Source: Anaerolineales bacterium UBA3082 (lineage in GTDB: Bacteria; Chloroflexota; Anaerolineae; UBA7937). From it: a DNA stretch of 64,000 bases. The DNA lies in assembly GCA_002366595.1 (NCBI GenBank), contig DFBK01000011.1, positions 13,540-77,539 of the forward strand, given 5' to 3'. A model generated the notes under the pieces. The model was not told the DNA's origin and did not search any database. It was given only the letters and a program-made list of their open reading frames with translations. This document shows, one piece after another, positions 47,367-56,676 of this stretch. The position numbers and the translations under genes are program-made. The stretch's first letter is position 1. Each line of letters opens with the position of its first letter.

Positions 47367-48588
47367 GCTGCCGCTCCTTCCGCTTTTTCTCTGTTACACC
47401 ACCTTGACCTACGTTATCTTGTTGATGCAGGATCTTGTGATAGAACTTCTCTAACTGAGTAGTGAGCATTTCCCACGAAAGTTGCTCTTCTGCTATCCGC
47501 CTGGCATTGGAGCCCATTTCCTCCCGCAAGCCTTGATCTTCCAGGAGAGATAGCGTTGCTCTGGCAAAGCCTTGAGGATTATCATTGGCCAACAAGCCGA
47601 TATTGTGCTCTCTGAACAACACCGATACATCACCCACCGGACAGGTTATGATTGGTCTGCCTACGGCAAGGTAATCGTTTATCCTTGACGGCCACCTCGC
47701 TTGGTTACTAGTAGTGTTGCAGAGAGGAAGCATTAGTATGTCACAAGCGGCGAGATATCTAACCAAATTCTCGTAATCGACGTAACCGGTTTCTATCACG
47801 GCGGTAGCGCTAATTTCGTGTAGCGCGATATTTGCTCTATGATTGCCAATCATAATCAACTTGCAGTCGCTATGACGCTTATGAATAACCGCGAAGGCAT
47901 TTAAGAGGAGTGCAGCGTCCTTCGGCTGCAATACCCCCAAATGGCCGAGTAAAGGAGCCTCGAGAGGGAGGCCGAGGGCCCGTCGCGCCTCGAACTGGTC
48001 TAGTGGTCTGATCCGCTCAACGTCTGAACCTTGAGGAATCCTCATGATGGTGCTTTCATTCACCTGCAGGGAGAGCGCGCGCTGATAGAGCGCTTGACTG
48101 ATCACTGTAGTGCCATCTGCATACTTGCGAAAGGCTTCCTCGAAAAAGGTTTCTATCGGAGCTAGCATGCGCCACAGCAGTTGATTTGGTCGCTCATAGA
48201 TTGTCCCACCTCTGCCCCACCAGTCCGCCCAATCCAATACGAGTTTGCTTTGCTGCATGGTTTTGTGGTAAAGCGCCGGAAGAATGACCGCAGGTCGTGA
48301 ATCGAACGCATGAACAAGGTCGAAAGACCGATCATGAACATATGCTATGCGATTCAGCGTGTCCCAAGGATCCCAACCTGATCGGGTGACTCCCCAAAGG
48401 AGGTCAGGCGTCTCAAACACCTTTAGGCCTTCAATGACCTTCTCCCTAAACCCGTAGCGCAAAGTAGGAGAGATTGTCAGTAGCGTGACCCGATGCCCTC
48501 GCCGCGCTAGGTGTCGACCGAAGTGATAGGCTCGAAAGAAGGTACCACCGCGCCAGGCAACATTGTGGTTGAGCATCAAGATGCGCAT
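47356..48588 (-). CDS. Glycosyltransferase family 4
   Basis: 'MRILMLNHNVAWRGGTFFRAYHFGRHLARRGHRVTLLT' is a GT4 N-domain. The C-terminal domain has 'LLGHLGVLQPKDAALLLNAF' and 'PLCNTTSNQARWPSRINDYLAVGRPIITCPVGD'. Start taken at the internal Met abutting the upstream stop; the longest ORF extends to 48681. Confidence 0.8.
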   Translation of the reverse strand: MRILMLNHNVAWRGGTFFRAYHFGRHLARRGHRVTLLTISPTLRYGFREKVIEGLKVFETPDLLWGVTRSGWDPWDTLNRIAYVHDRSFDLVHAFDSRPAVILPALYHKTMQQSKLVLDWADWWGRGGTIYERPNQLLWRMLAPIETFFEEAFRKYADGTTVISQALYQRALSLQVNESTIMRIPQGSDVERIRPLDQFEARRALGLPLEAPLLGHLGVLQPKDAALLLNAFAVIHKRHSDCKLIMIGNHRANIALHEISATAVIETGYVDYENLVRYLAACDILMLPLCNTTSNQARWPSRINDYLAVGRPIITCPVGDVSVLFREHNIGLLANDNPQGFARATLSLLEDQGLREEMGSNARRIAEEQLSWEMLTTQLEKFYHKILHQQDNVGQGGVTEKKRKERQHAA

Positions 48589-48589
48589 A

Positions 48590-49759
48590 TCACGCTCGCG
48601 CTGCTTCTTCCAGAATCTCGAGAGTGCGGGCAGCGCTTCGTTTCCAAGTGTAATCTTTCGCCCTCTGTCGTCCACGCACAATCAAGCTCTGGTGCAAGGA
48701 TCGATCATGCAGTACACGTTCCATGCCATCGGCAATAGAGTCCTCGTCAAGTGGATCCACCAACACGGCGGCGTCTCCGGCCAATTCGGCCATGCTGCCG
48801 CTATTTGAAGTCACGACCGGACAGCCGCAGGCCATAGCTTCCAAAGCGGGATATCCGAAGGTCTCGTAGAGCGATGGGATCACCGCCAAATCAGCGCCCA
48901 AGTAGGTGGCTGCTGCCAAGTGATGATCCAGCCTATCAGTAAATACCACATCCTCTAGCACACCGGCCTGCTTGGCTACCATTCGCAGTTCATCAAATGA
49001 AACGCTGATCTCGCTGCCCACCAGAAGTAGGACATGGCGCAGGTTTGTGCGTCGTTTCAACAAGCCGAAAGCACGAATTAAGCGAGCGTGATTCTTGTAG
49101 CCATAGGTTGACGATACATACAAGATGTACGGTCGGCCTGCGGTTAGTTCAGCGCCCACTCGTCGCTCCGGGGCATCCTGCGGCACCTCTGCCAGCCTCC
49201 AGATATCCCATGAAAGTCCATGCGGCACAATACTTACTTTCTCTGCTGGCACTCCCGTCCAGTGCACAAGATCACGCTTGGAATGTTCCGTAAAGATGAT
49301 GACACTTACCGCTTTTTTCAGAGACAATGGCAACATGTAGCGCAGGTAGGCCCCGCGCAATCGCCCATAAGCCTCTGGCATTTCGTAGAACTGAAGGAAT
49401 TGCACTGCCAGCACCACGGGGGTCTTGGTTAGCAAAGGCGCTACTGTTGCAGTAGCAAAGAATACATCCAGCCGTTGACTGGCAATAGCAGCAGCCAACC
49501 CAGTTTGCTGGTAGAGAACACGCGGTGGGCGACTAACCGGAACGCCGGGGAGCCTCACTATTTCGACGTTCGACGGAATTGTCTCCAGCACTGGGTCTGC
49601 CCAAGCTGGCGTAAATAGAATGAATTGATGCTGAGGGCCTTGGATGACAAACTCTGTCAACAGTGATTGTAGATACACTCGCATTCCGCCCGGTCCCTGC
49701 CGGCTTGTCGCTTCTCCAGGCGAGATATTGTCTATGCCAATGCGTAGAGAACGGCTCAT
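48590..49759 (-). CDS. Glycosyltransferase family 4
   Basis: 'YILYVSSTYGYKNHARLIRAF' and the 'PSLYETFGYPALEAMACGCPVVTSNSGSMAELAGDAAVLVDP' Glycos_transf_1 core (E-x7-E). Confidence 0.85.
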   Translation of the reverse strand: MSRSLRIGIDNISPGEATSRQGPGGMRVYLQSLLTEFVIQGPQHQFILFTPAWADPVLETIPSNVEIVRLPGVPVSRPPRVLYQQTGLAAAIASQRLDVFFATATVAPLLTKTPVVLAVQFLQFYEMPEAYGRLRGAYLRYMLPLSLKKAVSVIIFTEHSKRDLVHWTGVPAEKVSIVPHGLSWDIWRLAEVPQDAPERRVGAELTAGRPYILYVSSTYGYKNHARLIRAFGLLKRRTNLRHVLLLVGSEISVSFDELRMVAKQAGVLEDVVFTDRLDHHLAAATYLGADLAVIPSLYETFGYPALEAMACGCPVVTSNSGSMAELAGDAAVLVDPLDEDSIADGMERVLHDRSLHQSLIVRGRQRAKDYTWKRSAARTLEILEEAARA

Positions 49760-51509
49760 CGCTTACGCAACAAGAATGAGCCTAAGCTGAGGTACTCTAG
49801 GCCGGAGTTGGAGAACACGTGCAAGGCGTCAGCGACATTGCACACCACTGGCTCCCCATGTAAGTTATACGAAGTGTTGAGCACCGCGCCAATTCCGGTG
49901 AGTTTTTCGAACTGCTTGATCAGCGCGTAATACGCTGGGTTCCACCGCTCTTCGACAATCTGCGGCCGCAGTGTCATATCATATGAGTGCATCGCCGCTC
50001 GCAGTTCGCGCTTTGCTCGAGCGGTGGAATGGAACGCCAAGATCATGTAAGGCGCTGGGACATTCTTTGGGTTGATCAGGTAATCATGTGCTCGTTCAGC
50101 CAAGATGCTCGGTGCGAATGGCATCCAAAAGTCGCGGCTCTTGATCTGGTCATTGATCACCCGTACGATATCAGGGTTAGATGGATGAGCCAGAATGCTG
50201 CAGTTGCCAAGTGCCCGTGCGCCCCATTCCATCCGCCCGTCGCGACGGGCCACGACTTTTCCTTCCCTAGCAGTTGTGCTACGTGTTGGATCATGTCGCC
50301 CGGTTTCTCGATGATGTATTGCGCAGCCAGGTTATGATCGCGTATGTAACGCTCGATGTCCGCGTCGGTATACTGGGGCCCCCAGTACAAATCGCGAATG
50401 GATTCGCCCTCCCAGGGGAGACCTTGGCGCTCGCAACATTGTTTATAGCCGTAATATGCCGCACCAATTGCGCCGCTTTCGTCGCCACAGCTTGGGAAGA
50501 TGAATAACTCCTCCACCTCGGGCATTTCCATCACGCACATATTCGCTTTGACATTCATGAATACGCCACCAGACAGGACGACCGTCCGGATCCCGGTTGC
50601 GGCAATGGCATTCTGGACCAACTTGACGATCAGCTCCTCAATTAACCGTTGAATCGCCCCAGCAATGGAGTCGAACCGGTGTCCCCTCAGCCGCTCTTGG
50701 AGATAATACGGGACCAATTGGCTGCGCACCTTCACACGCAACGAGAGAGTGTCGTCAACCAAGCCTATGAGTTCAGCAAAAACAGGGTAGGTCTTATCTA
50801 TGTTGTACTCGCTGCAGTATGGCGCCAGCCCCATCACCTTGTATTCGTGCTCAAGTGGTTTCATCCCCATGTACTCAGTAATCTGGGAATACAAGTGTCC
50901 CAGTGAGTTGGTATCATCAATCTGTGCAATCCGGGTTAGCATGCTGTCTTTGGCGACACTTATCGTTCCGGAGAGACCGTCGCCTTCACCGTCAAGCGTG
51001 ATGACAAGCGATGGTTTGCCAATGAACGGGCTGCCATACCAACAATAAGCATGGGCAGTGTGGTGATCCACAAACAGAATGCGATCCTCCGGAACGGGCA
51101 ACACCTCCAGAAGGGGTTTCACCCTGTCACCGGAGGCCAGAGCAGTGCCGATTCTCTGGACTGCACGCCGACCCGCTGTGCCAACTGGCCTCAACGACGG
51201 TAGCCGGTATTCGAGGCGCCTCATCCATACTCGAGGAGTGTGAGAGATATGGGAGAGACCTCGCTTGAACTCGCTTCTGACCATGGATCCCAGGAACGCC
51301 CGGTGACCCAGGAAACAAACTAAATCCACGTCGCCTGGGCCAATGGCTGAAGTCTCTATCAGCCACTTGACAGCGCGCCTGGGGAAACCAGTTTCGTTCT
51401 TGATCCGCGTGAACCGCTCCTCGCTCACGCAGGCGATCACCCTCCCATCCTGGAGAAGGCACGCAGTCGCCAGGTGACCATCATTGATTCCGAGAATGTA
51501 CATGTTCAA
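49756..51509 (-). pseudogene. Carbamoyltransferase (NodU/CmcH family) interrupted by a single frameshift
   Basis: The N-terminal ORF (50157-51509) reads 'MNMYILGINDGHLATACLLQDGRVIACVSEERFTRIKNETGFPRRAV', the NodU/CmcH N-domain. The C-terminal ORF (49756-50253) reads 'RRDGRMEWGARALGNCSILAHPSNPD...', the conserved EFGPRALGNRSIL region. The two frames overlap over ~100 bp. Near 50262-50270 one frame gives 'LGKEKSWP' and the adjacent frame gives 'GKVVARRDG', consistent with a 1-nt indel. Confidence 0.75.
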
Positions 51510-51575
51510 TCTTCTCTCGAATGTTACCTGTAATTACCAGGTGATTGCCGTCCCCATCCGAATACACTCGCCCGT

Positions 51576-53330
51576 TCATTTCGCATCGGTCGGTTGGTCA
51601 CACTCACGAGCCCTCGTTTCAGAGGTGTCTACCTTGACGATGTAATACTTAATCGTGCCAATATTGACTTGATATACGATCTCGGTAATCGGGATTCCTC
51701 TCCACATTGATGAGGTCATCGGCTGAATCTTATTGTTGTCAGCAAGATATTGAATTCCCTGCAATTGCACGAAGCACGCTAACTGATTGCGCTCCAAATA
51801 CCTCAGAAACTCATAGCTATTGACCAGCCCATCCAGGTTTGTGATGCGCCGATGGCTGAAGTAGCCCAACACGCCTGCGTTCCAGGAACCTACCACAGAG
51901 TCAGGGGGGAGGTTCTTATCAATCCATTGGGCCGCCAGATAATTGGCCTCCGATGCCTCCACGTTAGGATATACGGGCCGCTGAGCATCAGAAAGCCAGA
52001 GGGGCAAGATAATCACAGCCAATAGTCCTACAGCGCGACCAGCCCAAACGGCTGCCGTGTTGCTTTTGAGCCAACATTTTGCGAATTGCCACAATAGGCG
52101 TAGAGTGGACGCTCCTAGAAAAGTCAAGACCATATATTCAGGCACCAGCCACCACCATGTCCCACTAGTAACTAGGAATGATGGGAACAAGATGACGTAG
52201 GCTCCAAAGTGCAAAAGAGTAAACAGGAATAGAAGCCAATTGCGCCTAAAGCTCTTTGATTCTCTTCTAACTATCTCTGAGGACGACTGCAATCTGCGTG
52301 CACCATAAACCAAAACACTCGCTGCAATCAACAAACTTGAGATCAAGGCCAAAAGGAGCATCCATCCACCGCTGCTTGGATTAGTGAGAGCAGCGTAGAA
52401 TGTTGGAAACAACAGTCTCACCCCTCCACTCATGAACGAACGAGGCATAGCGAATGTCCCAAATAAATGTCCAACTAGATATAGGGTCGCTGCGACTGCC
52501 ATCTGGAGAGCAAAGAGTAAATAATTCATACCTCCAAGTTCGCGGATAAGCATCTCAGTTTCCAGAAGTTTTGCCGCCCCACTAACTGGTAGTAAATGAC
52601 CGAAGTAGACTTGGTTAATGAGAAGATAAGGCACAATCACTACTGCACAAGGAGCAACGATCAGTCCGGAGACCCGGATGCGTTCTGTCCATCCTTTGGG
52701 CCATGTCTTCCATAATAGAGTGATCCACACTATCGGCATCAACAGGTACGCGTCCGTTCGCGCCAGAAAAGTAAATCCCACTAGCAACCCGAGCAGAATC
52801 AACTGCTTATGCTTTGTGGAAACACCATTCGCACGAAACTCTTTTACGTAGTAATAGCTCGTAGCGCCCAGTAACATTGCATACAGAGGGCTCTCCATCC
52901 CCGCAAGCATCTTGGTAACTAGTCCGGGGGAGAACAACCAGATCCAAGCTACAACAATGGCAATGCGTTTGCCGCCAACAATGCGCGCCAGGGCATACAG
53001 GAACCAAGCAGACGCTATATGAATAAGGGCATTTGTCACTGCAAAGATACGCACTTGGGTGGTTGGATCGGAGACTCCAAACCATGTAGACAGCTTCGTC
53101 ACTGCAAGAATAGTTAGGAACCATAGAGGTTGAACCCCGTTCGTCAAATTCACACCATCAAAGGTCAATCTTCCACTGTTCAAGTAATTTCGCCCGATCT
53201 GAAAGTAATAGAAGGCGTCGTCAATGCGCATCAAGTAGGAGCGGTCTTGCATCCAGATGAAGACAAGATAGATCACCAGGGCGACAGCCATACCAAATTG
53301 AACCAGGAAATCGTCCTTGCGACTTGTCAT
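51576..53330 (-). CDS. Polytopic membrane protein, GT-C-like putative glycosyltransferase (584 aa from internal start)
   Basis: ~13 hydrophobic helices. An early loop carries 'DDAFYYFQIGRNYLNSGRLTFDG', a DD/DE-type GT-C loop-1-like motif. Start chosen at 'MTSRKDD' so that it abuts the upstream GT4 stop; the longest ORF extends to 53573. Confidence 0.5.
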   Translation of the reverse strand: MTSRKDDFLVQFGMAVALVIYLVFIWMQDRSYLMRIDDAFYYFQIGRNYLNSGRLTFDGVNLTNGVQPLWFLTILAVTKLSTWFGVSDPTTQVRIFAVTNALIHIASAWFLYALARIVGGKRIAIVVAWIWLFSPGLVTKMLAGMESPLYAMLLGATSYYYVKEFRANGVSTKHKQLILLGLLVGFTFLARTDAYLLMPIVWITLLWKTWPKGWTERIRVSGLIVAPCAVVIVPYLLINQVYFGHLLPVSGAAKLLETEMLIRELGGMNYLLFALQMAVAATLYLVGHLFGTFAMPRSFMSGGVRLLFPTFYAALTNPSSGGWMLLLALISSLLIAASVLVYGARRLQSSSEIVRRESKSFRRNWLLFLFTLLHFGAYVILFPSFLVTSGTWWWLVPEYMVLTFLGASTLRLLWQFAKCWLKSNTAAVWAGRAVGLLAVIILPLWLSDAQRPVYPNVEASEANYLAAQWIDKNLPPDSVVGSWNAGVLGYFSHRRITNLDGLVNSYEFLRYLERNQLACFVQLQGIQYLADNNKIQPMTSSMWRGIPITEIVYQVNIGTIKYYIVKVDTSETRARECDQPTDAK

Positions 53331-53331
53331 A

Positions 53332-54543
53332 TCACCTATGCTCTGCAGCGACCCAATTGGAAAGTGTTTCATAGACTTGTGCGACGCGGTCATAATAGGT
53401 CTCCCAGGTAAAATTGCGGACATACTCAAGCGCCGATCGTCCCATCTCTTTGCGCAACCGTTCATTAGTGTAGAGCTGCGAAATTCTATCTTGTAGAGCC
53501 CTAACGTCACGAATAGGCACAACGAACCCATCTTGACCATCGCGCGCGATAGAGCCGGCGTTCTCACTAACAACGAGTGGCAGCCCGCAGGCCATGGCTC
53601 CGTAGGTTACCAGGGCTGAACCTTCTACTAGCGAGGGCAACACAAAGACCGAAGCATTGCTAAAGTACGTATGAAGCTCTAATTGGGGAACGTGGTCAAT
53701 GTGCCGGTAGGTACCCGCATACTCTTTGAGCAAGGGTAGTATTTCAGGTGTCGGTGCCCCGATGAGCACGAGTTCACTGTGGGGAAGTCTCAGTCGCCGA
53801 TAGGCCTCTAAGAGGTACTGCACGCCTTTGCGTAACTGGAGGGTACCCGCAAACAGAATCCGAAAACAGTCATCGCTTTTTGAAGACGGCTTATAGACGC
53901 GCTGATCGTAACCGTAAGGAACCAGAACGAGTTTGCTCTTTTCTACCCCTGCCCGAACGCAACCGTCAAATACGGTTTGTGACCCAACCAGAACCCGATC
54001 AGCCATGGCAATCTCTGCACACGTTCGAGCAGTCCACAAATCCTGAGAGGCATCAGGAGGAACATCATAGCGTTTCCATTCTTCCTCCATAACGGCATTC
54101 GCCACCACAGGATGCATAATCTTCAAGTCCAGGATGCAGGAAGCGCCCGCCATCTTTGCCCTACGCATTGATAAAAGTGAACAACCGTCAAAGCCATGGA
54201 AAATATCACTCTCTGCAGCATAGCGCGCTGCCCAGTAATCAAACAGCACATTCTGTATGTAGTACCAGGGCAACCTGCGACCTCCGATTGCTGGTGTCTT
54301 CTTAGCCAGGCGTGCTGCCGCCTCTGCCCACCAGAAGCTCCTAACTTTGTCCAGTTGCAGTTCTGGCAGATTCCGATTCAATCGTCGTGCCTGGGGTAAG
54401 GCTAACGATAACAATTTACCGGAAAGCGATCCCGGCTTGTAGTAGACAGTTGTCAGCAGGAACTTGAGATAGCCGGCTCTCTGTGCAGCCAGGGCGGTAT
54501 GATAAGCTTGGTTCTTGCTAGCATTTGCGACGATCACATTCAT
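53332..54543 (-). CDS. Glycosyltransferase family 4
   Basis: C-terminal 'FRILFAGTLQLRKGVQYLLEA...LPSLVEGSALVTYGAMACGLPLVVSENAGSIARDGQDGFVVP' Glycos_transf_1 pattern. Confidence 0.8.
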   Translation of the reverse strand: MNVIVANASKNQAYHTALAAQRAGYLKFLLTTVYYKPGSLSGKLLSLALPQARRLNRNLPELQLDKVRSFWWAEAAARLAKKTPAIGGRRLPWYYIQNVLFDYWAARYAAESDIFHGFDGCSLLSMRRAKMAGASCILDLKIMHPVVANAVMEEEWKRYDVPPDASQDLWTARTCAEIAMADRVLVGSQTVFDGCVRAGVEKSKLVLVPYGYDQRVYKPSSKSDDCFRILFAGTLQLRKGVQYLLEAYRRLRLPHSELVLIGAPTPEILPLLKEYAGTYRHIDHVPQLELHTYFSNASVFVLPSLVEGSALVTYGAMACGLPLVVSENAGSIARDGQDGFVVPIRDVRALQDRISQLYTNERLRKEMGRSALEYVRNFTWETYYDRVAQVYETLSNWVAAEHR

Positions 54544-55979
54544 AGTTCTATTTCGTGCTTTCGTTCAGTCCTATTCCGGAAGTCTACTTGGGCTTTATAG
54601 TCGAGTTTCTGTGCCGTCAATCCCATGGCCACAAGCGCCCATACATATCCACCGAAAGAGTAGTAGTAAAACAAAACGTTGTCTGTAGCAGCACCAACCA
54701 GGTAAGTAACCAGGGATCCAAACGCGGCCAGCGTCAAGGTTCGGGCCAAGTTGCTTCGAGATAACCGATAGGCTCGCCAACAAGTGTATAACAACGCAAG
54801 AAGGCTTAGGACGAAGAGCGTAGTGCCAATCAGCCCGACCTCACTCAGCAGGCGCACATACTCGCTATGAACAAGTCCGCCGGTTACCTCGAAGCTAGCG
54901 CTCCCAATATGGCCAAACAGCTGAGAGATGATCCCGAGTCCGGATCCAATTAGGGGACTGGGCTCGAAAAAAAGATTCAAGGCTGTAGTCCATAAACCCA
55001 CTCTATCTCCGAAAGACCCAACAACGAGTTCCTCCAGCGAGCGAGAGGTCGTCAACCAAGTGAAGAGATTCAGACCCCCAAGGCGTGTCAACCATTCTGG
55101 CAGTATTGCTAGCAGTCCGAGAAGTATGATGAGGAGAAGAGATGCCTGAATATACTGTTTGCGTAGCGCCAGAATACTCAGTAAGGCCACGCCTGCTCCC
55201 AACATGACGATGCGGACTCCGGTCCAGATAATCAGGCCTGAGAACACAATTATAAGCAGCGTATAGATGACTCTTCTGAAATTGGTTTGAGCGTTCAATA
55301 ACAGAAAGTAGCCTAGAATAACAAGGGTGCCAAAGAAGAAGGGGAGCGAAACCAGTCGGTGGGAGTCCTTTATATACAAGGTGTAACGTCCTGCATAGGC
55401 GAGCGCCAGCGTTATGACCTGGAATGCCAATCCACTAAAGATTAACGCTGCAACAAGGAGACGCAAGTCGCGCGCAGACAGACCGGCGGCAAGCACAAGC
55501 GCAAATAACCAAAACGGATAGAGCAAATAGAGCCAGGTCTTCACTCCAGCAAATGGTGCCGGAGATCTGAACAACATAGCCAGGCCAAAGAGAAGAAATG
55601 CTATATACAACTTCTGGGTGGCTATTGCCTTGACAATGCGGCCAGGTCCAATCGTCAGGCTCGGCAACAACAAGAAGACAAAGGCCCTCCAGCCGCCCTC
55701 GTAGATACCAGCGATGTAAACCTTCTCGCCCAGTATATAGGGTGAAACGTCCAGGGCGCTACTAATGAAGATCAGAACGAACATCAGCGCAGGTCGCAAC
55801 TGTCCAAGTCGTAATATTAGCACTGTGGACAATATCAATAATCCAATTGCAGACATCTGCAATGGGGCTACTGCGGTCGCTGCGCCAGCCGCAATCATAA
55901 GGATCAGACTAACTGTTACCAAGCTAGCAGGAGCAGTGCTCGGTTTCCAAACTGGATGTAGGGACATTGCCTCGCCCAT
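54540..55979 (-). CDS. O-antigen polymerase/ligase-like membrane protein (Wzy_C domain)
   Basis: ~12 TM helices. A periplasmic loop carries 'GLVHSEYVRLLSEVGLIGTTLFVL', the Wzy_C H-x-x-[YF]...E-x-G-x-x-G signature. Confidence 0.7.
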   Translation of the reverse strand: MGEAMSLHPVWKPSTAPASLVTVSLILMIAAGAATAVAPLQMSAIGLLILSTVLILRLGQLRPALMFVLIFISSALDVSPYILGEKVYIAGIYEGGWRAFVFLLLPSLTIGPGRIVKAIATQKLYIAFLLFGLAMLFRSPAPFAGVKTWLYLLYPFWLFALVLAAGLSARDLRLLVAALIFSGLAFQVITLALAYAGRYTLYIKDSHRLVSLPFFFGTLVILGYFLLLNAQTNFRRVIYTLLIIVFSGLIIWTGVRIVMLGAGVALLSILALRKQYIQASLLLIILLGLLAILPEWLTRLGGLNLFTWLTTSRSLEELVVGSFGDRVGLWTTALNLFFEPSPLIGSGLGIISQLFGHIGSASFEVTGGLVHSEYVRLLSEVGLIGTTLFVLSLLALLYTCWRAYRLSRSNLARTLTLAAFGSLVTYLVGAATDNVLFYYYSFGGYVWALVAMGLTAQKLDYKAQVDFRNRTERKHEIEL

Positions 55980-56478
55980 CTACAATACCTCGATGTTCAC
56001 TAACAACCGCTCAAATCGTGTCCAGTTTTAGGGGGCACTTCAGGCACTATTGCATTAAATCGGACTTTTGAACGAGCAACAGTATATCTAACGGTTTCTG
56101 TTCAATCCTATCCGATCGTGTGGACAAAACCCGGTTCTCCAGATGGCAGATGAATAGTAGGGGAAGAGGGAGTCCGATTCTGTGGCACATCCTTAGAACC
56201 CACCGGCTCCATCGAAGAAGAGCTACGTCCTCCTTGATAATTGAAAACCCTGCTAACTCGAGCTCGTGAACTATCTCTTCCCTAGAGAAGCCTTGCACCA
56301 CATGATCCAGATGATAGAGAGGGGGCGGTAAAAGCGGCACACTTATCAGAAGCCTGCCATGGGGACGAAGAACCCGCCACATTTCTCGCAGTGCATCCTG
56401 GCGTGCCGCCAAATGTTCGATAACCTCTATGCACTGCAGCATATCAAACGATTGGTCTGCAAGAGGCAACCTCTCCGC
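55975..56478. repeat. Direct repeat copy A (~504 bp, ~95% identical to 57715-58218)
   Basis: Both copies begin 'cccatctacaatacctcgatgttcactaacaaccgctcaaatcgtgtccagtttta' and run colinearly through '...cgattggtctgcaa.aggcaac.tctccgc' with scattered mismatches. The repeat covers the 3' half of a methyltransferase ORF plus ~70 bp downstream. Confidence 0.9.
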
Positions 56479-56619
56479 TCTGGCGAAATGGATGAAGATG
56501 TTCCCTGCTATGTGGGTCTCCACCTTCGCCTCTTTCCATTCTCTGCGGCGGAGAGCACTTTCTGGAAGGTTCTTCTCCAGACAGAGAAGTTCGGCTCTAC
56601 CACGCCTTCTCCTGTCCAT
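56047..56619 (-). pseudogene. Truncated SAM-methyltransferase paralog (lacks motif I), remnant
   Basis: The 190-aa ORF's C-terminal 150 aa are near-identical to the full MT at 57788-58621 ('CIEVIEHLAARQDALREMWRVLRPHG.LL.SVPLLPPP.YHLDHVVQGFSREEI.HELELAGFSIIKEDVALLRWSRWVLRMCHR.GLPLPLLFICHLENRV'). It lacks the N-terminal 'LDVGCGGG' SAM-binding motif. Confidence 0.7.
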
Positions 56620-56676
56620 GAGGCAGTACGCCGTGTGCCATTCTCCATATCGAGAAACCCACGTCGTTCAACTTGG

